NCBI GenBank assembly: GCA_030390025.1
Contig: JASTWF010000035.1
Coordinates: 248,001 to 312,000 of the forward strand
Origin: Squalus acanthias
Lineage: Eukaryota
Length of the DNA stretch: 64,000 nucleotides
Reading direction: 5' to 3'
Below are positions 62,109 to 64,000 of this stretch, one piece after another (within the stretch, counting starts at the first letter, position 1; every line of letters starts with the position of its first letter). The position numbers and the translations under genes were made by a program. The notes beneath the pieces are model-generated. The model saw only the letters and a program-made list of their open reading frames with translations. It was not told the origin of the DNA and did not search any database.

Positions 62109-63832
62109 TGTAGAATTCGCAATATATCGCGATTTGATTAATAAGGAGAAAAACACAGAGTTTCGTTCAAACAGCTTTTATTTCAGCAGAATGCTGGCAG
62201 GTTTAAATTGGACACAAGCAGCCTGTAAAATGGCCGCCGCGCCTCGTGACAGAACATTCTAGACTTTTCAACAGGCAGACAAGATGGCGTTCCAATAAAC
62301 ATTTGTGCAAGATCGATTAAGATTCAGCACAGTGAAGATAATACACGAGACATTATGGGTTTGCAGTATAAACATAGATACTGGAATCGGTCTCCCAGGT
62401 ACAAAGGAAAGCCATTGTACCGAGTAATCAAGGGCCCATCCAAAAGACATTAATATGTAAAATCCCAACGACTCTACGATGAGAGAGCCGTTAGCAGGTA
62501 GTTATACAGGACACTTGGAAGCCCCAAACCCCTCCAGGGAGAACACCGACCGATTTAACAATGGGAGAAATATTAACAGGTACTCAGACATTTACGAGTA
62601 GCCCCGAAACCCATTAAGAACGGAGATCACCCATACAAGACATTTGGGCGCCAAACCCTAAACAAAAGAATGGACATTATAGTTGGGCGGGAAACGGAAG
62701 ATTTTTGCACTATAATTGCAGGCTCCAAACCGTCCATTCTCTCTCTTGCTCTTGCATTCGCTCGCTTGCTCCTGTGCTTTTATCCGGTCGATTCGTAACC
62801 TCGTGGCTGCTCCTGTGTACTCGTAGTTGGGCTTCTGCTTGCCTGTTGCCTCTTCTGAAAAGACTGTTGAACTTTCTGATCCGTTCGGATCTACCTCGTG
62901 TCGCGTAACGAAGACCTATGTTGGTAACTGGCAGCGGAACCAAAGGCCCGAGATGAGATGAGATGAGATGAGATGAGATGAGAAGAGAGGAAGACCATAT
63001 CCATCGCCACGGTCAGTAAATCCCGACCGCGCCTGTAGGTCGATTAGCCAAGTTTTCCTCGCCAGGAAGATTTCTCTTTTGAACTTTTAACAAAACATAT
63101 TGCATCGACGATAACTGGACTGTGTCCAAGGAGACTGGAACGTGAAAACACATCGTATCGATGATATTGACAACTGTGCTCCAAGAGTACCTGTTAAGCC
63201 AACCAACACAGGTCTTCATCACAGCAGACGGTCCAGCCTGCTAGCCGGAGCAGCAGAAGCAAGTAAACAAGTGGGACCAGGAGATCTCCTGACCGACACG
63301 TGGGTGCTGCGGTGAAAAACATCCGATCAGCTATTCGGAATTTCTCCGAGTTATCACGAGTGGTGAGCATGAGTCTCGAGATCCTACGAAGCTAGTTTAG
63401 GATAGATATTGATAGGGGAGGGTTTAAGGATTAAGGATATTTGTAATGTGTGCCCCTATTTACTTTGTGCCGTTCGTTCCTCGTTTCCCTAAGATCGACT
63501 ATATAACTGTTTGTAAGATTGTACTGTCATTAATCTGTGCTTATGACATGTATTTCATAATCTTAAGTATCATGCAATAAAGATTTTCCATTTCGTACCA
63601 TTCAAACCAAGTCTACATGAGTTTTATCTCCATTACTGCTCTCGCATCTAAGTCCAGTGTCTAGAACCGTAAGGGAGAGTGATTCGAACCACTCACAGGT
63701 GTGTCTAGTGTTCCCAGACTGGCTGGAGACCAGAACAGGCAACCAGGCCTAGACCCGCACTGACATACAGGCTGCACAGAGCCGCGTGAATCTCACAGGC
63801 TGCGAGACACGCAGGGTCAGGAATCCCTTACA
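62109..63832 (+). repeat. 5' LTR (1724 bp) of a second, same-family provirus nested in opposite orientation
   Basis: TGTAGAATTCGC...CCCTTACA; TATAA 62711, TGGTGAGCAT 63361-63370, AATAAA 63576-63581; followed by a PBS. Confidence 0.93.
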
Positions 63833-63836
63833 GAAA

Positions 63837-64000
63837 ATGGCGACCGCGGCAGGACACTGGCAGCGAGAGGGTAGTGTGTTAGATTTTGGAATGACTGTAC
63901 GAAATGTTATGCAGGAAAAGATAGCGGATTATGTGTTTGGAAAGGTTAATCTAACTAAGAAATGGATAAGTGAATTGTTAGCGGATAAGAGCCCACTAGA
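63837..64000 (+). CDS. gag: gag N-terminus of the nested provirus (runs off the window)
   Basis: MATAAGHWQREGSVLDFGMTVRNVMQEKIADYVFGKVNLTKKWISELLADKSPL aligns with MEHRLSTYVCGKVNITKKWVCNMLKAERPL of the 43118 gag. Confidence 0.85.
   Translation, partial: MATAAGHWQREGSVLDFGMTVRNVMQEKIADYVFGKVNLTKKWISELLADKSPL
63838..63855 (+). promoter_or_regulatory. Primer-binding site, tRNA-Arg(TCG); overlaps the gag ATG
   Basis: TGGCGACCGCGGCAGGAC, complementary to the recalled tRNA-Arg-TCG 3' end GTCCTGCCGCGGTCGCCA. Confidence 0.85.

Overview
Vertebrate genomic DNA, most likely a cartilaginous fish (inferred from CR1/L2-type LINEs, Deu-domain SINEs and Penelope remnants typical of sharks). Four + strand exons (2380-2619, 14769-14858, 24692-24883, 29675-29784) splice in frame into the middle of an RDH11/12/13/14-type short-chain dehydrogenase; its first and last exons are outside the window. 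The introns are almost all repeats: a Gypsy LTR retrotransposon whose gag-protease region is replaced by a CR1 fragment plus a (GGGTTA)5 telomeric patch, a near full-length CR1, many CR1 fragments, Harbinger-like MITEs and four very large minisatellite arrays (about 24 kb in total). The most interesting content is one group of unusual endogenous retroviruses, most similar to lokiretroviruses: three solo LTRs, a gag-pol provirus, an env plus 3' LTR, and a second provirus nested head-to-head inside that env. Together they show a coiled-coil Gag whose ATG overlaps a tRNA-Arg primer-binding site, an in-frame gag-UGA-pol junction, a tether plus second RNase H, and a paramyxovirus-F-like Env. Their long LTRs conserve a splice-donor motif upstream of the poly(A) signal and a covarying U5 hairpin with a palindromic UUCGAA loop. 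Family assignments come from motif recognition only; no database searches were run.
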